A stretch of DNA of 64,000 bases from the NCBI GenBank assembly GCA_009859145.1, contig VRVR01000050.1, forward strand, positions 173,448-237,447, written 5' to 3'. The stretch's first letter is position 1. Each line of letters starts with the position of its first letter. The position numbers and the translations under genes were made by a program. Of this stretch, positions 63,607 to 64,000 are shown one piece after another. The stretch comes from Andalucia godoyi And28. Its lineage: Eukaryota; Protista; Jakobida. The notes under the pieces are model-generated. The model ran no database searches and was not told the DNA's origin. It was given only the letters and a program-made list of their open reading frames with translations.

Positions 63607-64000
63607 GTCCCAGTCGTTGGAGGACATGCAGAAGGTGCTCTTGAAGATGGATCCGGGATCCGGGAAGACAAGAGCGAACTAGCGAGCAGCGCCTTTGATG
63701 CTGCAAAAAAAGAGGCACTGGCAGCCGCGGCGCGTCTCGCCAAAGTAGTGAGGGGCATTGCGTTGGAGCATGTACAACTGCAGAACGCGCAGCAGGCAGT
63801 TGAGAATGCCACGAGCGAGGAGACGAGGCGGAAGGCGGAGGCTCGAGTGCAGGAATTGAAATTGAAAATTCAGATTGCAGAAATTGAGAAGGCAGCAGCG
63901 GTGGACGACAAGGAAGTAGCAGAAAGGGAAAAAGAAAGTGCAGAACTGGCAGTTGCTGAGTCGAAGTTGGCAGTTGCGAAAGCGGAGTTGGCAGTTGCTG
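63607..64000 (+). CDS. Partial coiled-coil ORF with ELAVA-type repeats, running off the window
   Basis: Frame open from 63607 to the end (AAKKEALAAAARLAKV...ELAVAESKLAVAKAELAVA); no in-frame ATG seen. Confidence 0.5.

Overview
Gene-dense, intron-poor eukaryotic nuclear DNA, about 50% GC in genes with short A/T-rich, microsatellite-laden spacers. It comes from a mitochondriate, probably flagellated protist; the species cannot be identified from the sequence alone. About 29 protein genes are supported, including IVD, uL22m, a class II HDAC, SEC13, FRY, ELP2, TMEM258, PP2A B'', a hybrid histidine kinase, an OSCA channel, actin, a Yippee-like protein, a dynamin-like GTPase, C1D, a GT8 enzyme, symplekin, an MLO-like protein and a Nup133-like protein, plus one tRNA-Thr(AGT). 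The main unexpected signal lies in the intergenic DNA. Four clear and one possible decayed Fanzor2/IS607-TnpB-like RNA-guided nuclease loci sit at about 8.9, 18.5-19.8, 39.5, 57 and (possibly) 5.8 kb. Their ORFs are destroyed, but each keeps a structured omegaRNA-like 3' region. The four clear copies end in the same exactly spaced motif, CAGTGY-N11-GTAA, and two show compensatory base changes. A second highlight is a secreted, probably GPI-anchored FG-GAP + NlpC/P60 peptidase of bacterial type. All family calls come from motif recognition by eye; no database search or folding program was run.
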